From contig MU054001.1 of NCBI GenBank assembly GCA_013239625.1, positions 7,336,174-7,400,173 of the forward strand: a stretch of DNA of 64,000 nucleotides, given 5' to 3'. Shown here piece by piece: positions 1 to 12,979 of the stretch. The notes under the pieces are model-generated. The model was not told where the DNA came from and searched no databases. It saw nothing but the letters and a program-made list of their open reading frames with translations. Position numbers and translations under genes: made by a program. Every line of letters begins with the position of its first letter. Position 1 is the first letter of the stretch. The stretch is from Lama guanicoe (taxonomy: Eukaryota).

Positions 1-174
1 CTTTTCACTGTTCTCCATCTCTGAGGCCCCAGTCCTAGTCTTGGCATCATCATTTCCCACCTGAACAACATTAGTGCCATACTAATGATGTTACCACCAC
101 CACTCTTTTCCTCCTTCCACTCGCCTCCACACAGCTGCCAGAACCCTAGTGGATCATACCAGGAACACCAAGGC

Positions 175-352
175 TTGGGGAGGGGGAATAATTCTTCATT
201 TTTCAGGACTGACCTATGTATTGCAGGATGTTTAGTACTTTTGGGTCTCCCTAAATGCCAGTAGTGTACTTAAATCACTGTGAAAATGGAAAAATCCCTA
301 CATGATTCCAAATATCTCCTGGGGGTAGCTGTACTGTCTGTTGAGAACTATG
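175..352 (-). mobile_element. MER20-like hAT DNA transposon relic
   Basis: 'ataattcttc...tgtattgcaggatgtttagta...aaatgccagtagt...gttgagaacta' resembles the reverse complement of the MER20 consensus as I recall it. Confidence 0.55.
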
Positions 353-669
353 GCTAACATAATATTTAAGGAGCAAAAATTTCCATCCAGCTCATCTTTG
401 TTTAAAATCCTTTAATGATAAAAACAAAACAGATGAGAGGGCTGTTTATCAGTGGCAGTGCATGCTAATCCCTCTGATTTTACTTTCTTTGTAAAGAAGC
501 AGGTGACTTAAGTAGTGCAGAGACACTGTGAAATGAAGGGAAAAAAGCACTGAAGAGTTTACCAGAATAATTAAGAGTAACCTGCAAAAAGAGGATAATT
601 GAGACAGTGAAAAAATAAAAAAGCAAAATAGATACTTAAGTGAATGTTTCTGTGACTTCATGTTTTACT

Positions 670-1155
670 TAGGATAAATTCCAATTCTTCACCATGACCC
701 TCAGACCCTGTTCACTTCCTCCTTATTGGTTGTGTTCCTGCCCCTCTTACCTTGTGTTCTAAGACCACAGCCAGCTCAGAGACTGCTAAGGGCCTTTTCT
801 CCACATGCTATTTGCCTGGAGAGTCCATCCCACACCTCTCTTTTTCTAGTTTGCACATGGTGGGCTCTTTCCCTTCCTTCAGATTTCAGCTTATCTATCA
901 CCTCCTCCAACAGTTTCCCTTGACCCTTATGACTTTGTATAAATAGGTTCCCCCACCAGCCCCACCCATTTTCTTTTACCATTGCCTCCTATTTGTTACC
1001 TTTATAATATTTTCTCAGTTTGTAAGCCCATATTTATTTATTTGTTCCCTTGTGTGCTGTTTGTTTTATGTCATTCTCTCCATAAGGGCAGAGACAGCAT
1101 CTATTTTGTTCATACCTCTATGCCTTGGATGAGCCCTGAAGATAGCTGGTGACTG
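670..1155 (+). mobile_element. LINE-2 3' fragment (probably continuous with L2-like 1-145)
   Basis: Typical L2 motifs 'ttccttcagatttcagctt...atcacctcctc' and the terminal 'ctccataagggcagagac...ctattttgttca'. Confidence 0.55.
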
Positions 1156-2469
1156 TTGAGACCTCCAGTGGGTTTGGAGGAACCTGCTACAGAGGAGAGT
1201 TAATGTCATTTCCCAGATGTGTCCAGGGATCCCCAAAGTATCTCTGCCCCATCCCAGTGCAGTAATTCTTGGCAGTGGCACAAATGAATGGCCCTGTATG
1301 TGTCTGGGTATCAAAGGGCCTGAAATAGCCTTCCATAAATGGCAAAGGGAAACAACCAAAAGTTCTTTGCATCTGAGTTTAGAAGTGTCGAGAAGTGGCC
1401 TTTTGATCTGAAAGAGCCATGTTGTCAAAGTGACTGCAGTCCCAATGCTTCCCCAATGCTGAGATTCAAGAGAACATTGACCTGTCCCTCACCTCCTCCC
1501 TGGGCTGTCTGTGACCTCTCATTCAGGAGAAGAATTGGGGAACAGAAAACACTGACTTCCAACCTGAAATTTCTGCCTTTAGCCAAAGGGAATAAGTTTA
1601 CTTGGAGGCAACTAGATTATTACGTTTATATACTGACAGAAAAAGGGAACTTAAAAACTGAGTTCAGTTATAGAAAGTTACATTTTTGCATACTGAGTGT
1701 GGTAATGGAAAACCCATAGCCTGTGAAATAATAATGAAGGTTAACAAAATTACTCTGATCTACACTGTATAGCACTTTACATAATCATATCTGTCTGAGA
1801 CTTATAATGATGCACTGAGTACGTGGTAGAGCTGGGCTTTGAATCCAGATGTTGTCTCTGGAAGCTCATCTCCTTGGTAGTGGGCCCTGTGCTGCATCCT
1901 GGAGCACCCAAGTAAGAACAGATGTTTAGATCAAATAACATTAAGGCTGTCTGTCTTGGAATCCTGAGTTAGTTGCTTGCCTGCCTAAGTAACCTGCTCA
2001 GTGACTCTGTCCAGAAGAGGTGGGTAGGATCTGCAGATGACATTTCCTGGATTCTCTTGGGCCACCAGAAGCTTGAGATCTCTGAGCATTCCTCCTTGGC
2101 CTCTCTTGGCCAAGCCCCAGCAGCAAGGCTGACTGTGGTTAGATGAGCTTCCAGCAGCATTTCTGGCAGAGGGGTTTGAAACTGAGATAGGCCTCTTGGT
2201 GGCTATGGGCTGAGGCTGGGGTGCGAAAATTCCCCTGCTGAACCCCAGGAACTTGAAGGGACCTCCTAAATTCCTCAGTACTTGTGTGAACCACATGAGG
2301 CCAGAGTGGACACTGCTCTGTGTGGGCCAAGCTAGGCTTCTAGTGGAGCCATAGATGCCACTAGACTTAGCATCCAATCTTACATGCTGTTGTCAAGGCT
2401 CCACCAAGTTGCACTGTGAAATTGCACCGTGAAATTAATAATAGCATTAATGGTGTTACCACTAAGAGG

Positions 2470-2700
2470 AATGTTTATTATACTGAACATCTATTATATT
2501 CCAGGCACCATGCTAAACCTTTTCCAATTTAGCTCCTTTCATTCTTATAATAATATAATGCAGGAGACACTATTATTGCTTTCATTTCACTGATGATGAA
2601 TTTAAGTCTTAGAGACATTAGAAATAATGTCAAAAGTCACATAGCTATATCTTGGTCTATCTGTCTCTTGAGTGGAATTCTGAACCACTGTGCCATATCT
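2470..2700 (-). mobile_element. MIR SINE relic
   Basis: 'tactgaacatctattatattccaggcaccatgcta...tattattgctttcatttcactgatgatgaa...aaagtcacatagcta' is a degenerate antisense MIR core. Confidence 0.55.
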
Positions 2701-5194
2701 TGTAATCATTATCATAGTCATGATGGCTGCCCCTATGTGTCAGGGACTGTGTGAAGTGCCTTATGATTAAGTCAGCTCTACAGTTACACATAGGATGTGT
2801 CAGTAGACATTCATAGGTAACTCCAAGTCACTGCTAATAAAACCCCAGAGTCAGTTACTGACACCTGAGCTAGGCACGTAAGTGTGAGCATCTGAGGTGG
2901 TTAATCTGCCTCTGAAGCCTGGGCTGTCTTTCCCTTTGTGGCTGGATTTGGGTGTTGGCCACGGGGCAGTAAAGCTATACTGCCATCCTCATGAGCAGAG
3001 CAGAAGCTACACATCTACATGGTTCTCTGGAGGAGGCTCTTACCATCCCTAGGAACCCACTGCCATAGTCATCCAGAATTGACTAGTTTATCCCTGAAAT
3101 CTGACATTATTTTACCTGATAGGCACTTCTGTCCACATTTGATGGATAGAGAATGTGAGACCCAGAAATTTTAAGTGAGATATTTGAGGACATACAGTTA
3201 CCAAGCAATAGAGCAGAAACTGATCTGTCCTGCCCTGTTCCAATGCTGGTGCTCATGTTAACCCAATTTTTTTACTTCTCTATCATTATCAATTTTGAAA
3301 TTTTTCTCCCTTTGTTTTCTTTCTTTTAGTACAATAAGACAGAATTCAGGGGCTTGGTGAAAGCCTTTTGTCCTTTCATCATATATACATCTTCTATGTG
3401 AGAATCTGATAAGGATTATTTAAATAATATGTTCATGGAAATTTCAACCTTCTTTCCAAATTTCTCCCAGATAGGAAGCTATGTGGCTAAAGTTTACTAT
3501 TGTGCCATGTTGCAGTTTGAAGCAGTATTTGCATATCTGCTGATCAGTAGAATTATATGGAGAGCTTATGTCTAGGCCCACTTCAGAGTTTTGATGGAGG
3601 ATGGGTTAGAGGGAAGAAATTTGTGTTTTTAACAAGCTGCTTGCCTCCACAGGTTTGCCAGCCATTGGTAAAGAGGACAGAGCCCTGGTCTGTAAGCTGG
3701 GAGTTTTGCTTTCCTATCAGAGGTCTGTCAATTTCTTGCTTCATGACTTCAATCATGTACCTTCTGTGTTGGTCTCCCCAACTGTCAAATAGGGGGAATT
3801 GGAATAAATCAGAGGTTCCAAATTGGTCTCCTGTAGGATCAATATTCCTGACATATGTGTTTTGTTCTGTGCACATAGACAATATTAAGAATACTTTACA
3901 AGTATAGTGCAGGGGGCTGAACAAGCCACACAGGTGCTGGCCATGGTGCTGAAACAGGATCTGTTGGTTAGGCGTTAACCCTTTAGTTGCTGGATGATGC
4001 AACAGTTTGACAGGTTCTGGGGCAGGCCAGGGATGCCAGGGGTGCCAGGGTGGTGGTGGAGGTCATTTAGAGGGCATGAGATAGTGACTGCTTACCAGTT
4101 TAAATGGAAAGATTTCACTATCCAAACAACCTTTACAGCAGCACTTCTGAATATCAGCTGATGACTGGCTTTACTTGTACAGAGGTTTTATTATTTTTTT
4201 AGTATTAGATTAATGATCAATGTTTCAAAATAAAGGAATCTTCACTTATAATTTTGGATATATAGCTTCCCTTGAAAAAAATCAGGTCACACTGGATGTG
4301 AAATTCTGCCTGGAAGCAATTACTTGTGATTCAAAAGTAGTTGCTCCCTTGAAATCAGCAGGTCCTCTCCAGATTCTTACAGAGACTTACCAGTCAGGTC
4401 ACTCATTCACGCTCCCTGTTGGCTATTGTAGACATTTGATATTACCATTCTTTGACTAATAAGCCCTGAAACTTGAGGGACTTTTGATTCTTTTGTTTCC
4501 CAATCCCATTCCTGAATGAGGTAAAATGGACAGCTAGGCAAGGACTTTACTGAAAACTGGATCTTGTAAGGATTCAGTGGTTGTTTTTTTTTTGAGTCAG
4601 TTATTTTTAAGGTGTGATTTGAAGCCTATTACAGTTAATGACATCTCTTTGAGCAAAAAATTACCCCCTGTCAGGCTGGGTGAAGCAGTTCTTTGGTGTG
4701 GATTAAACCAAGAATGTTTTTTTTTAAATCTCTACATAGCTAGCATTGGGAGGTGACATGCTGACTTGACTTACACTTTTTCCAGAAGTGACATGCCTGT
4801 CCTTTATGCCACAAACTGTATCTATAGCTTCTACCACTTTCAGCCTCAATTATAGAAGCAACTTGTTGATTTGGCTTTAATTATGAATTATCTCCTTGGG
4901 GCTGTGTGATGACCAATGTCAATGCTTTCTGAAGCCTTGTTAAGTGTCTGTTAAAGAGCTGACAACCTTGGAGTACTTCACACTAAAGACTTGCATCTCT
5001 GCCTTTGGAGTCCTAATTCAGACAGAAGAACAGGGCAGATGTTCCTCTTACTGGGTGGTCTTTCCTCAAAGAACCAGATTTCCAAGTCTTTTCTTATTTT
5101 CCCCAAGTTGGATACAGGGGTCCCAGACCTGATTTTGCCCAAGAATCAGATATGTTGCTGAATTGGCTCAATAAGAGGTAGGCTGTATGTTTTA

Positions 5195-6626
5195 TACCAA
5201 ATAATGACACCAAAACAAACCAATCAAAAAAATGGGCAAAAGACCTAAACAAACATTTCTCCAATGAAGACATATAAATGGCCAATATACACATGAAAAA
5301 ATGCTCAGTATTGCTAATTATCAGAGAAATGCAAATAAAAACTACAATGAGGCATCACCTCACACTGGTCAGAATGGCCATCATTCAAAAGTCCACAAAT
5401 GATAAATGCTGAAGAAGGTATGGAGAAAAGGGAACTCTCCTACTCTGTTAGAAATGTAGTTTGATGCAGCCACTTTGGAAAACAGTATGGAGATTCCTTA
5501 AAAATTAAAAACAGGGTTACCATATGATCTAGCAATCCCACTCATGCTTGTATATTTAGAGAAAACCCTAATTCAAAAAGACAAATGCAACTCAATGTTT
5601 ATAGCAGCACTATTTGCAATAGCCAAGACATGTAAGCAACCTAAATGTCCATCAATAGTTGACTGAATAAAGAGTTTGTGGTATATTTGTACAATGGAAT
5701 ACTACTTAGACATAAAAATAATGAAGTAATGCTATTTGAGGCAACATGGATGAACTTGGAGATCATCATTGTAAAGATAAAGAAAAATACCATACAGTGT
5801 CACTTATATGTGGAATTTTAAAAAATGGCACAAATGGACTTATTTACAAAACAGGAAGTTTCACAGACTTAGAAAACAAACTTATGGTTACCAGGGGAAA
5901 ATGGGATAGGGAGAGAATTTGGGAGTTCAGGATTTACAGACACTATTATATATAAAATAGGTAAAGAAACAAGCACAGGGAACTATATTCAATACCTGTA
6001 ATAGCCTATAATGAAAAAGAATGTGAATATATATATATAAAACTGAATCACTATGCTGTACATCAGAAGCTAACACAACATTGCAAATTGACTATACTTT
6101 TGTTGACTGAAGTAAAATCACACAACGTGAGAGTTGTGGATTAAATTTTATTTGGAGCAGAATGAGGACTATAGCCCAGGAGACAGTATCCCAGAAAGCT
6201 CTGAGAAACTGTTCCAGAGAGGCAGGGGAGAACTCAGTATTGTATGTGATTTCAGTGAGGTGGGGTTGTATGTGCAATCAAACACACACTTAGGCAGAGG
6301 CTTGCTGCTAGTCATGAGTAGCAGTTGCCACCATTGTTAAACTTAGTGTTTTTATAGATAGGAGAAATGCAAGAATTTGGGCTCACAAAATCTTTTCCTG
6401 AAAATATCTAACTATCTGAAGTCCTGTTCAGCCAGTTTTCCCAAAGTACAGAGTGCCACATTCCTGACCTCCATCCTGAACTCATTTCACGGTGTGTTGG
6501 AGGTCAGTGGCTGCAGCCACCTGTGATTTAATCCAAGCAGAGTTAGATGACAAGTGCCAAAGTGATCCAATCCTTGTAGAGGCAGGTGACAAGTGCCAAT
6601 TTTTAGTTAGCACTTTAATTAAAAAC
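5195..6626 (+). mobile_element. 5'-truncated older L1 (ORF2 3' end and 3'UTR), interrupted by an LTR at 6101-6612
   Basis: 'aaaatgggcaaaagacctaaac...atcagagaaatgcaaataaaaactacaatgagg' is the ORF2 C-terminal region. The 3'UTR ends 'gactatacttt|aattaaaaa' across the LTR. Confidence 0.9.
6101..6612 (-). mobile_element. ERV1-type solo LTR (512 bp)
   Basis: TG...CA termini with imperfect inverted ends (tgttgact/agttagca). Perfect 4-bp TSD cttt at 6097-6100 and 6613-6616. Minus-strand AATAAA (tttatt 6147-6152) and TATA (tttata 6351-6356). Repeated 'gacaagtgcca' in U3. Confidence 0.85.
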
Positions 6627-6628
6627 AG

Positions 6629-6651
6629 TAATAATAATGATAATAAAAATG

Positions 6652-6683
<32 letters not shown>
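6629..6683. repeat. (AAT)n then (CTG)9 microsatellite in the L1 tail region
   Basis: Read directly: ataataatgataataaaaatgcta(ctg)9. Confidence 0.9.
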
Positions 6684-7201
6684 ATTGGGAGGAAGAAATT
6701 TTCCTCTACTCTTTAAGGTTCTTCTGGCTAATTTAAGAATTAAATTGACATAAGAAAGATTAAGAAGAGAAAATGAAACAAATTTAATAACATGTATATG
6801 TAGGAGAGACCCAGGAAAACTGAGTAGCTCATCAAAATGGCTGAAACCTTCACCTTAAATGCCATCTTCAGCCATAGACAAAGAGGATGTTGGGGATAGG
6901 GGTCTGAGGCTTCAAAGAGGGAGGAAGGCAATTCACAAGGAGGTGGAAAAAGAAATGTTTGGTAAAGAAGTGTTTGATGGGCCATGGAGAAACAGTGGGA
7001 CAGAGGAATTTTAACAATATACTATAGTGATCTCTGGTGATAACTCTATTCCTGTAATAGGCCTTCTATCTAAATTCTTTATGCAACTAAAGGGGAAGGT
7101 CAAAATTTCTTCCTGAGTCTTTTGGGCTATGATTGTTTTCAGGTGAAAACAATCTGCATGCCAAAGAGACATTTTGGAGTGACAAATTTTGCTTCCCCAC
7201 A
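6683..7201 (-). mobile_element. ERV1 LTR, MER34-like
   Basis: Minus strand begins 'tgtggggaagcaaaatttgtcactccaaaatgtctctttggcatg', similar to MER34-type LTR 5' ends. About 520 bp long, with ATTAAA near its 3' end. No clear TSD. Confidence 0.6.
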
Positions 7202-7294
7202 GTCTCTTTCCCCTCTATGAGCATCTATTACCAGACAAAGTTGAGAAAAAGTCACCTAGAGTCATCATAGGCATACAGTCCTAGGAAAAATGAT

Positions 7295-7700
7295 GATTTA
7301 GTCTGGGATGCCTCAGAAATAGATCCTGAGACAAATATTCCAGTACCAGTAGTTTATGAGGGAGATGGAGGAAATAGAGAAGTGGAGATGTGATACAGTC
7401 AAGGGAAAGTGGTCAGTAAAGGGTGTCCTGTTAAGCTTAAACCCATGGGAGACAGAAAACATCTAAAGTACATACCTCAGGGGTATCCCTCCCAAGGGGT
7501 AGGGGAGTTGGGGTATTTATATGACAACTCTAGAGGATCAACTGCTGCCAGAGTCTATTAAATCCTTAGCACTTTAACTTGCTGGACAGTTAGACTTCCA
7601 GGGTTCCAAGAATAGCTCTCAGGACCAGAGATGCAGTAATTAGCTTGGCCCCTAAAATAATAGGGTCAGAGGTATAAGTGGGACAATTGACAATATCTAT
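7295..7700. mobile_element. Ancient ERVL LTR relic (LTR33/LTR16-like)
   Basis: 'ttagtctgggatgcctcagaaatagatcctgagacaa...gtagtttatgagggag' resembles the termini of these families. Confidence 0.35.
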
Positions 7701-9649
7701 TATAGAGACAGACATTAATTAACTATTAACTTAAGAAAAACTCATAAAATGACGTATTTGATAAGGTTTTGAAGGAGAGATGCATTTAGTAGGTATTTGT
7801 CCTGGTCAGGTTTATTTGAATAAAAGCTTTATATGTGCTACTTATTGGATCTTTTAAAACTCCATGAGCTTAAATAACTTGCCGTCAGAGACCGAGCCAA
7901 GACTTGAACCCAAGGTCCAAAGTTGGAAACTGGTACTTAGTTTTGCAGTCTGCTTTTCCCACAAATAAACTCATCTTTTCTTGGTGTTGTGCAGAGTGAA
8001 AACAGCAGGCAGCTGTGGTGAAAGAATTAAATAACAATGTAGGTGCACCCCCAAGGGAAACATTCCTTCAACTGTGTGCAAACATAGCCTGCCATCATTG
8101 GATTCCTGTTATTGTATTTTTTAAAAAATAGTAGTTCTGAGTATTCCAAGAGATGGAGAGGAGTCAGAGCACCTCCACTGGAGAGAAATCACCCTTTTTT
8201 GCTTCTCTGCCTCTTCATTAACTCTTAGAGCAGACGCCCAGCTTCCAAATGTCTAGGATGATAATAAAATTATCTGGTCATAATTCCAAGGATTGCTGAT
8301 TTTTATTTCAATGGCTGGACAAAATTTTGCATGACTGATTATGCACCAGGCTCCAATGTTACTATTATATAAGCATCTGCAACAAAAATATTCAGTAACA
8401 ATGCATCCAAAAGGTTTCAGTGCCAGAGAATTAGGACCAAATGGAATATTATGTTTCATTGTGAAAATAAACTCATCTCTGGACCTGGACATCTCAGGAA
8501 AGCAAAAATCAGGTTTTGGATATTCCCTCAAACTGGATGGTTTAATGCACAGGAAGGAGATATTTTTGAATTATTTCCTGGTTAAATAATGATCAGCTAA
8601 AAGTTGATTAGAGGTTTTAACCCTTGAGAAAGGCATCCAAAATAGAACCAAGGTCATACATGCTTGTTGGTCTATAGGAACAGATACCAGTCTAGTGGTG
8701 ATAGTGATGTATTGCTTGTTTTAAAACCAGAGGCAAATCCTGGCTAAGTATCAAGTGATTACTGATTGTTCAAGTCTTATCTTAAGGCTAACTTATCATT
8801 TTCCCCCAGGCTGTTACTGAGGACTTTACAAGTAGCATCAGGTGCTCTTAATTTGCAGTGGCTTTGTCTGGAAGTAGCAAGCAATAATGCCCAATCTTTG
8901 AAGAGATTGAAGCCTTTATTTAGATGCATGATTTTTTAACTGTGCAAATGGGCTTGTGAAGACCTAAATTTGGTACTGATTCCCCCAGCTATAGCCTGTA
9001 TGCAGTTTTCCTTTTTAGTCCTTGTTTCTTCATCTGTGAAATATGTAAGTGAGTCTAGGTGATCAATAAACTCACTTTGCCTAAAAAACTGGGAGATTTA
9101 TCTCCTCTTCTTTCCTTTCTCCTACTCTCCCTCCCCATTTCCCTCTTTTCTTTTTTCTTCCTTTTCCTCCATATTCACTGAGAAGCTACTGTGAGCTGGA
9201 TACTTTGGGCCCTAGGAATACAATGACACATCCCTTCTTTATAAGACTTGTCAGTCCAATCTTATGTGGGAGAGAGAGAGAAAATGGCAAAGACAATAAA
9301 AAAATATGATAAGTGCTGTGAAAGAAGGAAGCTGATGACAGGTCAAGATAGTGCAAGCCTAAGGCTGAGGTAGTGTTTTAGGAAGCTTGTTTTGGCTATG
9401 GTGTAGAGAGTGGACTGAAGAGGAAAAAGATGGGGCTAGGAAGCAGATGTCACCCAGGTATGGGGTGATGACAATTGGCAGGAGAGAAAAGAGAAATCAG
9501 AGAGAAATTTAGAAAGCAGAATCAGACCAGCTGGGGAGTGTATGTGTGTGTGGCTTGAGAGTTGGGAGGAGGAATGTTGCTACATTTTACTGGGACTTAG
9601 GAGGTAAAGCTGGTTTGAGTTAGAAGGAAAGACAACTTAAGTCCTGGGA

Positions 9650-9800
9650 GTACCTGAGTTCTGACTTTTCTACTCAACTTCAGGAAAGTCACTCAGTCTC
9701 CAGGAACTTCAGTTTCCTTATCTGTAAGTAGCAATAGGAATAGTACCTATATTCCAGGGGTTAGAGTAATGATTGCATTTCACCTTATGTGAGAATACTA
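9650..9800 (+). mobile_element. MIR SINE relic
   Basis: Core 'aagtcactcagtctc...cttcagtttccttatctgtaag...aatagtaccta'. Confidence 0.55.
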
Positions 9801-9817
9801 TACAAACTGTTATTGCA

Positions 9818-10126
9818 ACATTGACTAAGGAACTTAAAGATGATTTAAAGAAATGGAAGATATCCCATGTTCTTGGATTGGAAGAATTAATATTTTTAAA
9901 ATGGCCACTTTACCCAAAGGAATCTACAGATTTAATGTGATCCCTATCAAATTATCCAGGAAATTTTTCACAGATTTAGAACAAATAATCCTAAAATTCA
10001 TATGGAATCAAAAAAGACCCAGAATTGCCAAAGCATTATTGAGGAAAAAGAATGAAGCTGGAGGAATAACCCTCCCAGACTTCAGACAATAACACAGAGC
10101 TACAGTGATCAAAACAGAATGATACT
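9818..10126 (+). mobile_element. Host L1 (older subfamily), 5' part: ORF2 fragment
   Basis: ORF 9853-10092 [27 protein letters not shown]...GGITLPDF is L1 ORF2. It resumes collinearly at 16985. Confidence 0.9.
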
Positions 10127-11400
10127 GGAAGATGGCAGAGTAGAAGGACGCTTGTAAGTCACCCTCTCCCACAAATACACCAAGACCCACATCTATAGAC
10201 CCACTCAGCCAACCAGAGCACCTGCAGAACTCCGACAGAACATCGCCCTCATCAAAGGATAAAGATGCCAAAAATCGGGTAGGAGAAAAGGATAAAAGAA
10301 AGAACAAAAGGCAAAGCAGCACTGGATGGGTCCCACGGGGAGGGAGCGGCAAAGGAGGACTGGCGCTCGCTCGCTGGGTCTCCCCTCTCCAACCAAGAGG
10401 CCAGCGGGATGGAGGGGGAGCCTCTGAGGCTCGGATCTGTACAGAGCAGCCCTTGTCTGACAGAACTAAGTTAAATGGGCACAGAGGGTCCCCCTGACAC
10501 CCAGCCTGAGACACGGGCTGGCAGCGGCGGGCAGGGCCAGGCTGCACAAGCCGGGCAGAGGACGGGGGTGGCTGCATGGAGGCAGCCCCGGGGGACTGCA
10601 AGGGGCTGGGCGCCGTGGCTGTGGGTGTACAGGACAGAACAACCTGGGACCTCCATAAAACAGCAAAGTTGATGTGCTCTCGGGGGAAGGGTGCATACCC
10701 CCATCTCTGAAAACCCGCGGAAACTTTTCGGGGGAAGAGAGGCGGAGCTAAGGCACAGCCGCCATATCCTCTGGCGCTTAGCACCCAGGCGGGGACGGGG
10801 GCGAAACCTGCATCTGCAAGGAAGGGCTTAGCAGCCTCAAAGGCCAGACTGAGACGGGCCTACATCCCGGGGCAGATAGGATCCTTCCATCCTGGACCCT
10901 CAGAGAACTTGCTCCACAAAGACAAACAAGGAGCTGGGTTTTGGCTCAGAGCAGGGACAAGGCTGTCCCTCGGGCTTCCACGAGCCCACCTGCAGAGCGC
11001 CGACCAAGGTGGGGCATGCAGCCGCACGGAGCAGCGGAGCTACATGCTGCGCAGGTAGAGGGAGAGCGGCCCCCTGCCTTTTGGGCAGGAACACAGCCCC
11101 TGACCAAGGTGCTGGGAGGGGCATGACCCGCTCTCCTACCTGACCAATCTGCAACATCTGACTGTGGCATCCGGAGGGGCAGTGACCCGCCCGCCCACAG
11201 CAGAGGAGAGCTGCACCTGACCCCGTGTTAGGAGAAGGTGCAATCTGATTGCCAACAGGTGCTGGGAGCAGCACAGAAGAGAGCGCCAATGGAGGGCTTC
11301 TGAAAACAACAAGCTGAGCTTCCAAAACAGGACGAAGACAGAAAGACTTCACATCAAAAGCACACAGACACCAGGAGAACACAGACAACCCCCCCTTTTT
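10127..11400 (+). promoter_or_regulatory. L1-A 5'UTR internal promoter (CpG-rich, YY1-like site aagatggc at 10129-10136)
   Basis: GC/CpG-rich 5'UTR. AAGATGGC at the extreme 5' end matches the known L1 YY1 site. Confidence 0.65.
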
Positions 11401-11784
11401 TTTTTTAAATCTGTTTTTACCTGTTCTATTTTCTATTACTCTCTTAATTTTTACTTCTTAATTCATTTCTATTTCTCTTGGATTTTGATGTCCTGTTATT
11501 GATTAGACACAGGTTTCAAATAAATCTATTCATCACCCCACCTCCCCCCTTTTTTTTTAAGATTTTAAAAGGATGTCTCAACCCGATTAATACTTGCTCT
11601 TCTGTTATTCACTATACACTGTATTCAAACCCTCTTTCTCCCTTCTTTTAAAATTCTTTCTCTCTCTCTCTCTTATTTTTTTCTTTTTTTCCTAAGTTCT
11701 ATTCCTAAATAGGCATTAGATAGATAAAATCCTTAAGATCCAAAATAGACAATGAAACTCCATAAACCACAGTGCCAGGGAGGT

Positions 11785-12609
11785 ATGAGCAAGATGAAGA
11801 AACAGAGAAACCTTTCCCAGTTAAAAGAACAAGAGAAATCCCCTGAAAGAAAGATCAATGAAATAGACATCGATAGCCAATTAGATCAAGATTTCAAAAA
11901 AGGAGAGATCAAATTGCTGAAGGAATTTAAAGAGATAGTGTTTAGAGATATAAAATATGTCAAAAATGAATTTGAAGCTATAAAGAAGAGCCAAGTAGAA
12001 TGGGTAAACACATTGACAGAGATGAGGAATGATCTAATAGTTGAGCAAAGCCGACTAGATAATGCAGAGGAACGAATTAGTGATCTAGAAGACAGGGCAA
12101 TAGAAAGCACCCATTCAGAAGAACTACAAGATAAGCAAAAAAAAAATTGAAAATAGCACAAGGGACTGATGGGATAATATAAAGCATTCCAATCTTCGCA
12201 TAATAGCGGTCCCAGAAGGGGAAGAAGGATCAAAAGGGATTGAAAAGGTTTTTGAAGAAATCATGACTGAAAACTTCCCAAACTTAAAGAAGGAATCAGA
12301 TATCCAAGTACAGGAAGCTCAGAGGGTCCCAAACAGGAAGAACCCAAATAGAACCACATCAAGACATATCATAATCAAGATGGCCAGAGTCAAGGATAAA
12401 GAAATGATTCTAAAGGCAGCAAGAGAAAAGCAAAGAGTGAATTACAAGGGAACCGCCATAAGGCTCTCAGCTGATTTCTAATACTTTATCAGGCTATCCT
12501 TTAGGATAGAAGGAGAAATAAAGAGTTTCACAGACAAAAAAAAGCTGCAGGAGTTTAGCAACACTAAACCCATGCTAAAAGAAATATTGAAAGGGCTATT
12601 CTATTCTAA
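11785..12609 (+). pseudogene. L1-A ORF1p, disrupted
   Basis: MSKMKKQRNLSQLKEQEKSPE...SRLDNAEERISDLED and ENFPNL...RHIIIKM...ILKAAREK...IRLSADF. Frameshift near 12145 and an internal deletion near 12480. Confidence 0.9.
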
Positions 12610-12979
12610 AAAGCAGCAGGATGCTACAGAAATGAGANNNNNNNNNNNNNNNNNNNNNNNNNNNNNNNNNNNNNNNNNNNNNNNNNNNNNNNNNNNNNNN
12701 NNNNNNNNNNNNNNNNNNNNNNNNNNNNNNNNNNNNNNNNNNNNNNNNNNNNNNNNNNNNNNNNNNNNNNNNNNNNNNNNNNNNNNNNNCAGGGAAATAT
12801 ACTTTTTTCTTTCTTTTTTAAATTTTTTTAACAGTAGGATGGTTTGAGATCATGTTACTATCAGTTTAATAAAAACAGTTATAATAATGGGTTAATAGAT
12901 TTACAAAAAAAAAAAGGNNNNNNNNNNNNNNNNNNNNNNNNNNNNNNNNNNNNNNNNNNNNNNNNNNNNNNNNNNNNNN

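Noticed and set aside
6492..6716. ORF with poly-Asn and poly-Ala tracts
   Set aside because: It is a translation of an LTR end plus the AAT/CTG microsatellite.
1..9800. Short ORFs (60-139 aa) in the left flank as host exons
   Set aside because: No recognisable protein similarity or consistent exon chain. Several overlap L2, MIR or LTR relics.
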